Program-made: the position numbers and the translations under genes
Notes under the pieces: generated by a model
Told to the model about the DNA's origin: nothing
Database searches by the model: none
The model's input: only the letters and a program-made list of their open reading frames with translations
Shown here: one piece after another, positions 1-14,881 of the stretch
How the letters are laid out: every line of letters begins with the position of its first letter
Numbering within the stretch: position 1 is the stretch's first letter
Source of the DNA: Lingula anatina
Lineage: Eukaryota > Animalia > Brachiopoda
Assembly: GCA_051362555.1 (NCBI GenBank)
Contig: CM120644.1
Coordinates: 16,390,534-16,454,533 of the forward strand
DNA length: 64,000 nucleotides
Direction: 5' to 3'

Positions 1-144
1 TGGGGGAGGGCTGGTGCATGGTTGTAGGTTGTAGGTTGAGGGAGACAGTCATGAGCCTAAAAAGCAATGCTGACCAAGTCACAGACACTAAACAAAAAAG
101 ACATTCCAACAATGAATAAATCCTGTATATAAAACAAACATTCC

Positions 145-1343
145 TTAACTCTCTTTTCACTGGACGGTGTCCTTTGTGCGTCCCTTTTGCGAAACTGGCT
201 AGGTCGCCGTTACACGCTCAACAGTGCTCGGCCTGTTGTCGGCACATAAAGTATTATTTAATTTTTTACTTTCAAACGGGACCGTAGGGGCCTACTAGGG
301 GACGCAGAAAGGACACCCTCCAGTGGGGGGGTTAAGTTCGTACAAAGAACGTTCAACCATAGGCGAGGACCCCATAGTCACTGCAAAGTTTTGAACATGT
401 TCAATACAATCGCACAAAGAACGCGGTGGAGGTTGGCCCCTGCCAGGTCGGTCAAGGGACGCAGAAAGGAGGCACACGCATCGCTTTAGTTGCAGCATGA
501 ATGTTCAATGACCGGCCAGTGGTCGGCACGTAAAATATTATATTTTTATTCTCAAATGCTAGAGGTCGTGCTAGGGTATCCTTCGACAGAGGCAGAAAAT
601 CTATGGGTTGCAACAATCACTACCGATTCATTTTTGGTGGTAATTATAGCACAGATATTTTTTTCAAAATGCAGTACTTGTACGCGTTTTTTTTTAATTG
701 CAGAATTCAGCTGTTGAAAACGAATTGAAGTATTTTATGTTGTGTCAGTAAGTGGCGGACCCACCATTTTCATGGCTTTTTCTACGCCTGCCCTTCTTCT
801 TATAAGGACAACAATGACCATCTATCTTATTATCAGTGACCTTGCATTACTGTATGTCGAATAAAAAAGAAAGAAGTTCATTCCTAGTTATATATTTTGG
901 TGGGGGGGGGGTCTTCATTGGGTGACCGGGTTAGAACTGATAAAAATAGTATAAAATAGTATAAAAGAATCAGAATATATCCAAGCACTTCAGGTCGCCC
1001 ACCAGTATCCAAAAGACGCCCAAACAACGCTCATCGGTCTCGCAGGAAGCAGAAAGATTATGGAATTGTCGCCCCTGATCGCCAGTGGTCGCCGATGAAG
1101 GTACAGAGGACGCAACCAAGATGCTCAATGGTTGACGCCGTAGATTGACTAAGGGCCTCAGACAGGTCGCTCGCAGTTTAACAGGGAAATCCAGATTTGG
1201 TAGTTCAAAAGCTGCACAAGGGTCGCAAAAGCATTTAAACGGAGGAACGATTTTCTTGCTTTGGTGACCGTTGAGCGTCCTAACCACCTTTTTGGCCGTA
1301 CAAGGGTCGCACAAAGGACGCCGCCGGGTGTAAAGGGGGCTTT
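145..1343. mobile_element. Non-autonomous DNA transposon (PIF/Harbinger-like MITE)
   Basis: Imperfect inverted termini CACTGGACGGTGTCCTTTGTGCGTCCCTT (158-186) and AAGGGTCGCACAAAGGACGCCGCCGGGTG-TAAAGGGGGC (1302-1340); internal repeated GGTCGC motifs; no ORF. Confidence 0.6.
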
Positions 1344-1564
1344 ATTGATTGTGATGCCGATGCCGACAGCTTCGTCCGCATTGCACTGTTTAAACGAGCG
1401 AAATGATTTTGGACGGGAGGTTGGCAGTGGCGAATGGAGATTCTCTGGTTAACTGTCTGCCAGTGATTGTGGCGAAAGATGCTTCGTCTGTAGAATGTCC
1501 TTCATCTGTTGCTAGAGTGTAGCCTAAAGCAATTAAAGAAAAAAACGTATATTTGATGATGTCG

Positions 1565-1730
1565 CTGTGGCAGGAATGAAGTCCTAGGAATGGACGTTCT
1601 GGGTCCCATATGATTTGTCTAGGTTAGGGTTAGTTGGGGTATTGGGGTTACAATATGGGATGAATGTCACCTGTACAAATAATGGGAAGCGGTCTACGTT
1701 TCCTAGCGGACTTCCATTCCTGTTACACCT
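1565..1730. mobile_element. Short element with inverted termini (CAGGAATG..CATTCCTG) and internal GGTTAGGGTTAG; HINE/MITE-like; related copies at 20591-20755 (opposite orientation) and ~58248-58290
   Basis: The copies share GGTGTGACAGGAATGGTAGTC, TTTGTACAGGTGACATTC and CATATGGGAC segments. Confidence 0.6.
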
Positions 1731-1843
1731 GACCTATTTGAAGTTACACCATACCCTCGAACCCTCGAGCGATACATGAGTTGTGGATATGTGTTACTAC
1801 TTTCAGATGTTGGTGAAAGTGGAGCCCCTTTTTCGTTTCAGCT

Positions 1844-1978
<135 letters not shown>

Positions 1979-2100
1979 GAGTTATTAATTGCATACAATT
2001 TGTAACCAACATATTTTTTAATTGTCATTTTGTTGGTTAGACATACGGATGAGTATTGTAACGCTTATTCATATGCAAAAAAATGATAACTAAATATACA

Positions 2101-2129
<29 letters not shown>

Positions 2130-2133
<4 letters not shown>

Positions 2134-3300
2134 GCACTCAGAGAGAGCAACATTCGACAATACAAATGATTAACTAATAATTAAACATCCATCACTTAAT
2201 TAATTAATCAATCATCACCAAAATCTAATTATTTTTTCCTTTGCACATTTGTGACCTATACTGAAAATTTCATCAAAATCTATAATTAATTATTTAATTA
2301 AATAATCGATCATCACCAAAATGTACCCATTTCCTCCCCTGTTCATTTCTGTCCTTTCCTGAAAATTCCATAACTTGGCCCACTTGTGAACCGTCCTGAA
2401 AATATAATGATTAATTGATGAATTAATCAATGGATCGACATACTATAATGATAATAAGAAAAACACTCAGAAAGTGTGACCACCGCCAGTAAAATATTTA
2501 ACTAATAATAAACCATTATAAAATTGATTAATTAATTAATTAATTAATCATCAGCAAAATGGCCTTTGATTCATTTGTGACTCATCCTTAAATGTAATTG
2601 ATCTTTTATTTATCATTCAAAACTGTGATAATTTGTGAGGTGTTCAGTAAAATTAATGAAAATCTATACATAATAAATTAATTACAGTTAATTAATGGAT
2701 CATCGCCAAATTCTGACCATTTCTTCTTCGTTTCATTTCTGACCTTTACTGAAAATTTTATGTAGTTGGCCCATTTGTGAACTATCCTGAAATGGCTCAA
2801 TGGATCAAGATATAATAATTGTAATTAGAAGCACATAGAGATCGCAACCACCGCCATTTAATTCATAATTAACCATTAAATAATTAATCAATTAATTAGT
2901 TATTTAATTATCACCATTTCTAATTATTTCTTCCTTGGTACATTTTTTTTTACCTTTCCTGAAAATTCAATCAATAAATTAATCATCAACAAAATGTTAA
3001 CATATCTTTTTCGGTCTGTTTATGAAATCAGAAAATTTCATCAAAATCTAAACATAATTAATTAATTAAGTAAGCAATGGATCATCACTAAAATATTATC
3101 ATTTCTTCCTTTTTCCATTTCTGATCTTTCCTGAAAATTCATCTATTGGCCCATTTGTGACCTTTTATGAAAATTTAATAATTAATTGATCAATGAATGA
3201 ATCATCCCCAAAGTATACGCATTTTTTCCTTTGTCAATTTCTAAATTTGCCTATCCTGTAAATTTCATCAAAATATGTACATAATCATTTAATTAACTAG
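2130..3300 (-). repeat. Satellite-like array of ~85-95 bp subunits derived from the HINE element seen at 14882-15134
   Basis: About 10 degenerate repeats of ATCATCACCAAAA..TTCCTT..CATTT(G/C)TGACC..CTGAAAATTTCATCAAAATC, plus three AGCACTCAGAGAG-like ends; these match the reverse complement of the element at 14882 and the copy at 55497. Confidence 0.7.
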
Positions 3301-4586
3301 CTAATTTAGTTATTTATCCATTTATAGAAGAGGGCACACATGACGAAAGCTTGGCCACTTTTTATCTAAAGATGCGTTTTCTATGTAATTTATTTATTTC
3401 ATAACGTTTATGCTAACATTATGGTAACATTATAAAACGTTTTGTGTTTTCTGGGCCAAATTTGCATTAGAATTGGCTTAGAGCTTCCACCTTAGTGGGC
3501 GAACTGGTTGCACTTCTCGCTGCGTTAAAGTCATCAATAAAAAATCATGGTCTCACCAAGTGGAGCGCATAAGCAAAGGCCAGAGGCTAGCTGAGTGATG
3601 ACGTCAATTAATAGAAAAATATCTCTGAATAGATAGTGAAAAATCAATCCGTGGACCGACCCTGCCAAGGGATAAGAAGCGGGTGCCAAAAAATATAATG
3701 GGTATAAAACATTTTGAAGTTTCAGTCTACTGCACAAACAAGTTAATATTGTCAAACGTACCTAGAGACATTGTGTGACCGTGGAGATATATGCTTTATT
3801 TGGTTTTATAAGGGGTGTTTGTGCAGTGAAATGTGAGTATTTTCTCTCGGTATATATTTTCTCACGCGTAACACATATATAATAGAGTTAGTCGGATATG
3901 TGGAATTCTGCAGTCTAACAAGGTGGACAAGCTCTCAGCGTGCGAATATGATGGTTTTTGGAGAGGTATGGCGAACTCAAGCCTTCATTCTTATGCCTTA
4001 GGCCCTACCGAAACACTCTAGCCTCTTTGAGGTCGTCTATTTTTTTTAAATTCACATATTCATTTATCTTGCATTTTTCGATGTTAATGAATAAATGAAA
4101 GATGTGATTTATTTTATCATATTACAGCATCCTTCTTTTTCCCCCTTTCGCCCAATTTTTATACATTCCTTCTCTTCCAGAAAAGTTAAATTACAATCGA
4201 GATGATTTAAATTTCTGTTGTGATAAATGGTTCCAAGGTTGAAATAGTTAGACATTTTGGATTTCTTGGCATGCGTATCTCTGATGATTTTTTTAATTTT
4301 TGGCACATCAAAATCAACAGAACTGTTTGAAAGACTCAGCAAAGACTTTACGGCGCTTGAGATCATTCCATATCGACCAAGAACTGCTAGAAAAATTTTC
4401 CTAATAGCATATTTCTACTCTCATTCATCGCCTTCATCGTCTGGTACGATACGTAGTGCTTCACACTCATTCTCAATATATGTGATTATTGAAATAAGAG
4501 GTGAAACTGAAAAAATTAAATACATAGATTTAAACAGGAAAAAATCATTGAAACTCAATTTCGGATTGGCGTTTTACCTTTACGTG

Positions 4587-4890
4587 TAGAAAGAGGAAGT
4601 TACACAGACACGCCTATAAATAAAAGAATATGCCAACTATGCAAAATGGAATTAGAAGATGAGGGTCATTTCTTACTTTTAGTGCACTGCTTATATAGAG
4701 GAAAGGTATAAATGTTATGAAAAGTTGGGTACCCCAAAAAAATGTTTTTAATGAAATTTCACTAGCAGATTTAATTTAAAATTTTTGATCTTAGACCGAA
4801 AAAAATAGTTTGCAACGGGTGTCTTATAAGCCCGAAGGGCTTGGTGTTCTGTGCAGATGACACGTTAATAAATGAATAAATAAATAAATG
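4587..4890 (+). mobile_element. LINE (L2/CR1 group) ORF2 3' end with (AATA/AATG)n tail
   Basis: Translates ERGSYTDTPINKRICQLCKMELEDEGHFLL (C-terminal zinc-knuckle region); the tail is homologous to the copy at 18770-19080. Confidence 0.75.
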
Positions 4891-6144
4891 GAAATGAATG
4901 AAATATATAGGTCTGTTTGAAGAAAACAGAAAAGTGAAAAATTAAGTTAAAGATATATTCGCCAATTCTACTTTTCTTAATCTCTGGCGACAGAAAGTGA
5001 TAAATCTGGCTTTTTGTGCATATCATTTAAAAATTTAAAATTCACGTCTTGCTAGCATAGGGAGTTTTCGAATTAATTAACGAAGATTTTATTCTATTTT
5101 AGTAAAGGAAGTTTTGAAAATAGCAACCCTTTTGATTAATATTCGCACGATATTAATAATACCAAATATAAGACTGCGCTTAAAGGGTATTAAGAGATGC
5201 ACGTTCATTTAACGGACAATTTTTTTTCCACCTCAAATATAGTTTTTTTACAATACCTGGTAACAAAAGTTTTGCCAATTACTTTCTGTTAGAATGCATT
5301 TGACTGTGTCCTGTCACGATATTATCTTGCTAATAATGGATATAACTGAATTGAGGGTTTCATAAATGGCCAAAGCATTACAAAATACACCAAATAACTA
5401 AAAATTAATGACCGGCGCCAAAAGAAATAACTAAGTTTTTATAAATTTTTTTTAAAAATACGGCGACACCGCAAAAGTAGACGTAAGCTATTTATTGAGC
5501 AATTTAAAATAAACATTCTAGAAGTTCTCTGAGACGTAAAACATCATACTTGCTTCCTGACAAGTTGCAGATTTTATTATTAATTTAAAATAAAGTAAAT
5601 CAATTTGAGAATGTGAGATGGTGCTGCAAGCAACAGTAGCTAAGGTTAAAAAATTTAGTCCGTGTATGTTCTTTGTGTGAGAGCAGGTAAATTTAGTAAT
5701 TATAATTATTTTTATTTTTTAAGTTGCTAGACTGATGTTAATTAAGTCCCACAAACAATTTTTTCTGCTCGCTAACTTTAAATAATTTTTTAAAATGTTA
5801 AATTGACCTATGTATTGAGAATTAATGTACAGCGGAAGACAAGAATAGTGTTGACCGCATAGTGAAAATCGCTAGATTTTATTTTAGGGAGGGAATAACC
5901 ACCAAGAGAAATTTTGCATAAGAGACGAGTGCTCGAGGTTTTTTTAACGCCGCATTTACTGAGACTAGACTTAAAGAAAACTCGCACTACCTTTCACACT
6001 TAACACAAGAATATAAATAACTAAATAGCCACACAAAAGCAACGAACTAAACTATACGCATTAGTGCACCTAACACCAAAATATCGCCATTAAAATACTG
6101 TACAACACATACTTAGGGGGAGTACAGCGCATAACTGATATACG

Positions 6145-6960
6145 TTGTCAGGACAATTCACCCCCAATTCACCCCCCCCCCCAAGGACAACCCCTCCCCC
6201 AGGACAATCCCCCCGAACGACTACCCCCACACCCTCGAAAAAATATGTGAATGTTTAAAGATGTAACTCTAGGACAGAGAGTATGAATATCATTCAACAA
6301 ACCATTTTCCCATTTTCATTTTTTGTGAAGCACAAGTACAGAAAAAATTTAAATAGAGGAACGGAAAATTTTATTTAAAATCTGATCAAAGATTATCTCC
6401 ATATGAACGTGGGGTAAACGTATAATTTCACTCATCAATGTAACCTTTTGATGAATTTATTGACACTTTCAATTCCTTCATCGCTCCCCCACCCTTGATC
6501 AAGTTGCCTGCTATTTATCTAGGTGTATCCTCAGGTAGGGTAAACAGATTATCTAACATATGCAGGTATTCTTTTAATTATCTAGCTGTCACTATTAATT
6601 GCTTGACCGCTTCCCATCTACCCACTTCCTACCACACTAAAATTAAAAAACATTCATGTGCTAAAAAATCTGTTAATCTGTTTGTCTGTTTCCCACATTT
6701 ACTTAGAGGAAAGGTGGGTATACCTTTCAGATTTTTTAAAATAATTGTCTGTATTTGTACCTCATGAAAATGAAATTGGGATAAACTAATTTGTTGAATA
6801 TGAATACTCCCAAACCTGGACTTGCATTATCACACTAAAAATATTCATAAAATGGATGAAAAAGTTTAAATTTGTACTCTTTATTTTATATTTGTATATT
6901 TTTGTATATGAGGGGATTTTCTGGGGGGTTTCCTTGGAGGGGGATTTTCCTAAAATCCTG
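6145..6960. mobile_element. Probable MITE with repetitive subterminal inverted motifs
   Basis: Left AGGACAATTCACCCCC/AGGACAATCCCCCC repeats; right GGGGATTTTCT/GGGGGATTTTCCT repeats. Confidence 0.45.
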
Positions 6961-7669
6961 ATATACATATTCTATAGCAGAAATGCTTGTGTAGCTCTTG
7001 AGTTATGTGAATTTTTTTCCTTTTTTTAACAAAACTGTGTCAGGAAGGAAAAAAGAAATATTGACACAAATATTTTCAGGTTTACAAAATCTGCGCCAGA
7101 AAGGGAAGAAAAAAATATTTATCTATTATCTGGTACTAACGTATTTGACAGTCCCACTATATAGTACATGTATATCTACGATTAACATTGTTACCGATTT
7201 TATAGAGTGAGACACAAAAATAGGCAGCTCACCGAAATTCATAAGAAACATCCTTGAGGGGAAAGAAAAGTCAATTATCTCAACAGGATTCTATATATAA
7301 CATAATATAATATATATATATGTGTATATACACATATTTATAAATATTTATATTATAAAACAAAAAATAATGTTCAGCCTAGTAGGCCATCCTATAATTT
7401 CCAATAATCTTGAAATTGTTTCTGCTTATTTTTATTCGAGATTAATTTTTGAACCTAGAACATGTTTTTTAGGCTTATAAGAAGACCATCCCAGCTGGGC
7501 CGTTTTTTTTTTTCGGAAATTTTACCTTGTATATATAATATTTCGTGTACATAAATATTATTGTAGTTATTGGGTGTCTGTAAGGATCTACTCAATAAAC
7601 TGCCATTCCCTAAAATTAATAGCAATTCCTAATATACCTTATGAGATTTCCTTCATTGGACCTACATAT

Positions 7670-7990
7670 TGAGAATAAGTGTGCAGCTAATGACAAGAAT
7701 CGTCTAGACCGCGAAGTGAAAATTGCCAGTCATACTTTAGGGAGTGAATTACCATCAATAGAAAGTTTGTATGGGAGACGAGAGCTCAAGAAAGTTAAAT
7801 CAATCATGAGTGACCCCGGCCACCCAGCGAATAGTTTGTTTTTACCTACGTTATCAATACGCCTACGGTCCCCAAGGCAACTTCCGCAGGCACCAAAAAT
7901 GTTTTACCTGTCGGCAACACGAATTTTAATGAGCACATTTGATTTTACTCTAATTAATCTTATCGACAGCTCATATTAATTTTCATTACA
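7670..7990 (+). mobile_element. LINE fragment (Rex1/Babar-like region downstream of the RT domain)
   Basis: DKNRLDREVKIAS..G..LPSIESLY..R..KKVKSIMSDPGHPANSLF, homologous to the copy at 54903. Confidence 0.75.
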
Positions 7991-10879
7991 CACTTTTCTA
8001 TGTATAAATATGACAATAAATTATCATCATTATTATTTATCAAAGTATCTTGTTGAAATAAACACAGAGGCACATGCTTAGTTACAATCTCAGGAAAAGA
8101 CCGAGCACAGATTGAAAACCCCAATTTTTTTCGTCGGTTACCCCATGGAGGTACCCCTTCCTCCACCGCCGTGGCGGTCACACAAGGGTAGGTAAACAAA
8201 CAAAACACGCGATAAGACAGACAGACAGACAAAACTACTCTCATCTTACGACCCAACGCACTTGTTACGTACTTGGCTGCCATTCTTTTTTGGGCAAATT
8301 AGCGCTATATTATTTTCATAAGATGTACTGCACTGAGTGCCTCCTTAAAACTACTTTTCGTTTGCTCTCTTTATGACCCGGGCCCTCGCTCGGTCGAGAG
8401 AAAAACATTACTCACGAGCGTTGCGCCCTCCACGCCAATGGTGACAAAATAATATCTAAACCTTTTCTTCGCTGAGATAACAATAAGTTAAACGGCACAT
8501 TACGTGCTTTGTGGAAAGTAACTCTGCCAAACCAATTGCAGGGTATGTATGACTGACTTTTCAAGTTCACTTTGTGACAAAAAAGCCCGGGGCATAAGGT
8601 TACGCGTTTTTTATTTTTCCATCTATTATTCTGATCTCTTTCATAGATTTCTTTAAATGCAGTGCACCGACTACCCCTTCGTTGCACTTATTGCTCCTCG
8701 AGTTTTTTGTCCTCAACACATGACAGTGCGCTTTCCTCCCTTGCGGCGAAAGGCCCAAAGGGCTAATATTATTTATCGTCAATGAGTGAAATGAAAACGG
8801 CTGCATGGTGGTTGGTTTTTCTAAAGATAAAAACTGAGCACTATCAGCACTTTGGTAAATGTTGAGCGATTCATTTTGAATACAATTTTGGTATAAATTT
8901 GTTTTGAATTTTGTATGTCTTACACAACATGCCCAATCTTATATGATATGATTTTTAATATATTTGGCGATATAACGGTACAAAAGTGATAAATAATAAT
9001 AATGAATCAATGGATAGATTAATTAATTATTAATACGTGTATGTTATCAGGTTTAAAAAAGGCAAGCAAAGTAACAGTCGAAAAATATTGTAATTGACAC
9101 AAGAACTAAAAAAAAAAAACAAAACATTTAACTACAAACGCGTAAACTGATGATATAAACTGTGCGTATTTCTGAAATAAGTATTATTAAAAAATATAAA
9201 CAGATGGTTGCAATATATAGTAAACGGAAAAGACAGCGCTTTGGTAACAATAATAGACACCATAAAGTTCTTATAACAATGTGTACACGCATTTTCGCTC
9301 ATTGCTTCATCTGACGGAATAAAATATCATACATCACAGGTGTGCACTAAAAAGCCTCAAGCCTCAGCAGTTCATTAATTTCTACTCAAAATGACTACTC
9401 AACTTTGAACCCAAATATATTCGAAAGTGAGCCAAGAAATATGGAGAGAGAGAAAGCTGTAGCCAAGAAAACCATCACGGTCAGATTCCTTGCGCAGGCA
9501 CACTTAAAAGCGAGTATTTTAACGACCGCCCCATGCGGAGCACTTGATCTTATCACGGGAAGTTTCACCAAGTTTCCAGACTTTTTTTGTCTCTTTTATT
9601 ATTTTTTGTCACATTTGCCATATTGTACATCAGATGTACTGCACCGAGTCCCCCCGACTTTGCACCGGTTGCTCACTTGACGCTTTCTGACGGTATCAGG
9701 GAAGGTTATGACATTTCGTCACGCCATGACTGACAAACACGCAAAGGTGGCAACGCGGTATCTTTACAATTGTGTCGTATGATAAAATCCCTGTCATATT
9801 TTGAGAAAATTTGTTGCGAACAAAATATTAATTTAATTAGAAAACAGCCATTTGTGTTGCATAACTAGTGTAATTTAAGGTAGACTTTATCTTCATCTTC
9901 GGGAATTTACTATCATGTTTTCGTAGTCACGCGCTACTGCCAGTTTTGAATTGGAAACCATTTAATGCTGCAGTAAAAGCTTGTATATCACATTACACTA
10001 TGCCTTTCCCCAAAACCAAGAATAAAACGACAAAGGAACCTTTGGTAAAAATAATGAAATAAACAGCATCCAAAATCGGAGAATGTGCTAATGAGATTAT
10101 ATGAACCTAAAAAAGGTGCACAGCAAACGACTTACTGGAAAATGGACCGTAAAATCACCAAACATTTAATTCAAACGAACCTTTTGAAATGATATGAACC
10201 GAAAACCAAGGTAGACAAACTATATTCCTCTGAAAAAGGTGCTTAAATTCAAATTTACTTGAGTTGGACAGTAACGTTTATTCGATCAGTAAATTTATTT
10301 TGCAGTATGTTATACTGTTACACATTTCTCGAACGTAATTGGAAGCGAAATCCAAATGTAGCGGTGGGGTGTGGGATGTGGGGGGGGGGGGGGGCCGGGG
10401 GTAGCCATCTTAAAAAAAATTACAAAGATGACTCTTAGCCCTCTTTATACTTCCTGCCTTCCCCCCCCCCCCCCAAACCCCCACCCCACCCCACTTTAAC
10501 ATTATTAACTTTTTTGCGGCAATGGACATCTTTTAAAGCGGAACTAATTTATTTAGGGAATTCCAGACGTAAAAAATCTCTGAGCAGAAAGATGTATCGC
10601 GGTGCACCCTCTGAACTCGCGAAGACCCCCTCCCTCCCTCTCGTCCTTCCTTCAGTCCAAAGAAATATATTTTAAATCTATCTGGCAGCCACCTGCCTTC
10701 TAGGCTTTGTTGGTTCTGTTATTATCTTATTCACACGACCTGCCACGGATGTACTGTACCGAGTGGCCCCCACCGTGTACTTGGTGCTCCGTGGCGTTCG
10801 ACGCGCTCATTAGATGCGGCAAAATTGAGGTGTTGTCATGTTAGTGCAGTTAAACACGCGACGTCCCTTACACCGCTGT

Positions 10880-11327
10880 TTTGCCGAAGCCATCGCGTAG
10901 TTAGGGTAAACGTCGCTCTTTCTTTTTCTTTCTCATTGGTGTCCCTCTAATTTTTTACAATGAATTTTCCTCTCTCTCTCTCTCTCTCATTGGCGTCTCT
11001 CTACATTATCTCTCTCTCTCTCTCTCTCTCTCTCCATCAATACTGGATGCGCCTTTAAATTTTCTTACATAGAGATTTTACTGAGTTCATCGCGTAGTAG
11101 CGTGTAAACGTCTCTCTCTCTCTTTCTCATATTCTCTCAGATTGATGTCACTCTATTTTTCACACTGATTTTCTCATTTTTTCATTCTCTCTCTCTCTCT
11201 CATTGGCGTTCCTCTACTTTCTCTCCTTCTCTCTCTCTCTCTCTCCATCAATACTGGATGCGCCTTTAAATTTTCTTACATAGAGGTTTTACTAAGACCA
11301 TCGAGTAAGGGTATTCGCTCTATCTTG

Positions 11328-11376
<49 letters not shown>

Positions 11377-11473
11377 GTGTCCCTCCATTTTTTACACTGA
11401 TTTTTCCTCTCTCTCTCTCTTTCTCTTGGTCAATCTCAGTCTTTCTCTCTCCATCTCTCATTTGTGTCCATCT

Positions 11474-11515
<42 letters not shown>

Positions 11516-12040
11516 TTTCTCCATCAACAATACTGTATGCGCCTTTAAAGTTTCTTACATAGCGGTTTTACTGAGACTACTAATAAAGGGAAGTCGCTCT
11601 CTGTCGCTCTCATGAGTGTCCATTTCTTCACACCGTTTTTTACCCTCTTTCTCTTTCTCTTGGTCTCTCTATGTCTCTCTCTCATTTGTGTCCCCCTGTT
11701 CTCTTTCTTTCTTTCTCTTTCTCTACATCAGCAATACTGTACGCTCATTCAAAATGTATTACATAGTGGTTTTACCATGACCATCGCGTATTCAGGGGTA
11801 CACGCCGCTCTCTCTGTCTCTCATTTGCGTCTCTCTGTTTTCTCTCTTTCTCTTCATCAGTACTGGATGCGCTTTTAAATTTTATTACATAGAGGTTTTT
11901 TCGAGAACATCGCGTAACCACGGGTAAACGTTCTGTGTCTGTTTCTGTCTCTCTCATAAGTGTCCCGCTATTTCCACAGTGACTTTTCGCCTCTCTCTCT
12001 CTCTCTTTCTCCATCAAAACTAGAGGCGCCTTTAAAATTT
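10880..12040. repeat. Tandem ~150-280 bp satellite with embedded (CT)n tracts, about 6 units
   Basis: Core CCATCAATACTGGATGCGCCTTTAAATTTTCTTACATAGAGGTTTTACT near 11035, 11245, 11521, 11725 and 11855, truncated near 12010. Confidence 0.85.
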
Positions 12041-13779
12041 TAATTAGCATAAAATATATTAATAATTCCATGACAAGTTTTCAGAAAAAGAAAGAATAAA
12101 AAAAGGAAGAAGCTTTTTTTCCTTTTTATGTAATTGAATTACATTTAAACATTGTAGATATTTTATCTAAATGTTAACGATTTTGATACGGTAAGAAACA
12201 TATGTCTTGGCAATAATATCCAGTGTTTGTCCAGTTTTTAAAAGGAGCTTATTTCAATTAATTTTAGTGAAAAAAATTATCCCGTAAAACACGGTACACA
12301 CACCGATTACCATCAAACTGGAAGACCGATCTTGACAAATACGCCAATAAAATTATTCAAAGTTTACATAATTGGTATTAAGGAGCTAATTAATCTTGTA
12401 GACATTTCTAGATGAACAAAACTCCTGCTGTTTTTAATAACATTTTTATCCTTAATATCATTATCTTTTATGAAACCTAATATAAAGAAAGTTAAAGTCA
12501 TCTGTATTCAACTACTGTGAATAGATATACATTTTAATAAATACTTTAATTATATTTGGAAATTTTTAAAAAGGTTTGATTAATCATGAAAAAGCACTGA
12601 TAAATCAGTTTTTTTCTATTTTACAGTTATAAAACAGCAATTGATTTTTTTTTGTGCTAAAGCAGAATTTCCGTTACCTCTCGCTGTTTATTTATCACCA
12701 TTCCTAGCTGTAAAGTGAGAGTTGCGTCAAACATTTATGAATTTCGCATGTAAGGTTTGTTATAAATTCTTTCAAGAATGTGTTGTCTTACCAAATGTCA
12801 AAGTTTCCATATTTTACCTTTAAGACGTCCCAGTTGACATGCTTGAGTTTGCCTTCCAATCATAGGCGTTGTCCACTTGCGTAATTTCTCATTCTTTCGC
12901 CACATTTACCGTCAGAAAAACATTTGTCCGGCTGTTAGGCAAAACGTTAATTCCAACTGAAAAAATAGAAAAAAATCCCAACAGGTAGCGCTGCTTCAAA
13001 TCCAAAGCTTATATGATTTCAGAAAAAAAATTAGCTGCAAGTTCAACCACCTGAAAGTGTACGTGTCTTTGTTCTGTCGAAATAGTAATAATAATAATAA
13101 TTATCTTAATAATAATAATAATAAAAATTATAATAACAATGGCAACAATAAAGACAATCATAATAATAATAATAATAATAATCAGATAAAGAAAAAGAAA
13201 AAAGAAAACCTTCTTCCACTCCTTACTAATGCGTGGTCTGCCTCTATTTTAACAGACATTTTGCTTTATATCTTGGTAAAGGACGGGTCAAAATGACCTT
13301 TGGATAAAGTTTGTTCTGGGTCGTTTAAGCTTTATACGTGCGTGGTCTGGAGAATCAATGTATTTTCATGACCATGGAACATTTACAAACACACGCAACA
13401 ACGGAAAACGAATTCAATGGGCCTGACGACATAAGAGTGACGGGTACGTTAGCTTTGATGGAAGCTTTATTCATTCAAAGGGATGGATAGGGCCATCTCT
13501 TTGATTCTTTATAGTTCACCCCCAGGCCTTGCTGTGGTTAAGGAACATGGAACATGGGGCTGCATTAAAAAAAAAAGAAAAAAAAAAAGAAAAAAAAAAA
13601 GAAAGAGAAATGAAGCATAGAATGGAGTATAGTAGTGATGTCATTTTGAACTTAATGACACTTGTGAGGGGTTTTACAGGATACAGGACATTGCAGCGAG
13701 CAAGGGAATATTTATTTTGTATGCAAGATTTTGACATCTTGGATGAGTTTTGAAGTACAGTTTATTCTCAAATGCTGTG

Positions 13780-13942
13780 CAGGGGCGGATTGATGCCGTC
13801 TTCTGGGTTAGATTTTTCAAGTTTACATTAATAGGTATCTATTTTTTTTTTATTTTTCTGTCGGAAGACGGTAAAAAAATGGGGGATGTATCAACAAAGT
13901 AATTTGGAAGACTGTCAGAAAATATCTCTGGATCCGACCCTG
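13780..13942 (+). mobile_element. MITE family with CAGGGGCGGAT TIR, copy 1
   Basis: CAGGGGCGGAT...ATCCGACCCTG; flanks CTGTG/CTATG. Confidence 0.8.
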
Positions 13943-14881
13943 CTATGAGCATTTCACGAAACACAACAAGACCAAAATAATAAGTTGAGATTGCAGCAAG
14001 TCGCATGCCTGATATTCGTAGGTGGTCTACTATCCATGGATGGAAAAGAAAACTTGTAAGTTCATTTCTAACAATTATCCTATTTGCGTTATTTATGGTT
14101 AAATCTGGTGAAATCCAGTGTCAATTTCAAGTGACGTGGTCTTTACGGATATTAAGCCTACTGATGAAAATGCTGAAAATGGAGAGTACTTAAAAAAAAA
14201 TTATTATTTTAATTGATTAGAAAATAGAAATTATTTATCTATAATTAAAGATAAATAAATAAACACGAGACGTGTGTGAACCTTAAATCTGAGCCTCACG
14301 AATATACCCATAGGGTATGCCCGATCATCAGGAGGTGCTTTTTTTATTTTTCAAATGAGATTTGTCTAGTAAATAGTTTGTATGGGTACTGAATTGAAAT
14401 TATAATGAGAATACGTAAAACGCAATTTGTACACAATTTTCGCTCAAAAGCCACGGTAAAATCTTTTTAACTTCAATATTTTTTCACTGGCTATCGGGTC
14501 CCTTTTGTATTGAAGGAGATTACTATCTACATTAATTATTTGGAAATTGTAAAGATTGTTCTAAATAGCGAATTTGTTGGCCTACTGAAACGGTTCATGA
14601 TCATCCAGATACATTTATAATGAGGTTTTTCTCCCATGCTTATTCTTATTCAAGAATGCATCTATCTACCAATAAAAGTCCCCTCGAAAATATAAAATAT
14701 GGGCGTTTATATGTCTCGTAGCTACATGTAAGTTTAAGCTTAGGCACCTCAAAGCGTTTATTGTTTATTTAACGCTTTTCTATTTTTGGGGTATGGGGCG
14801 TAACTCCATCCCTGAACAAGATCTTATCAAGAAAATTGCACAGGTAACGACATGTGTATGAGTTTTAATCCCGTGCCGTCA

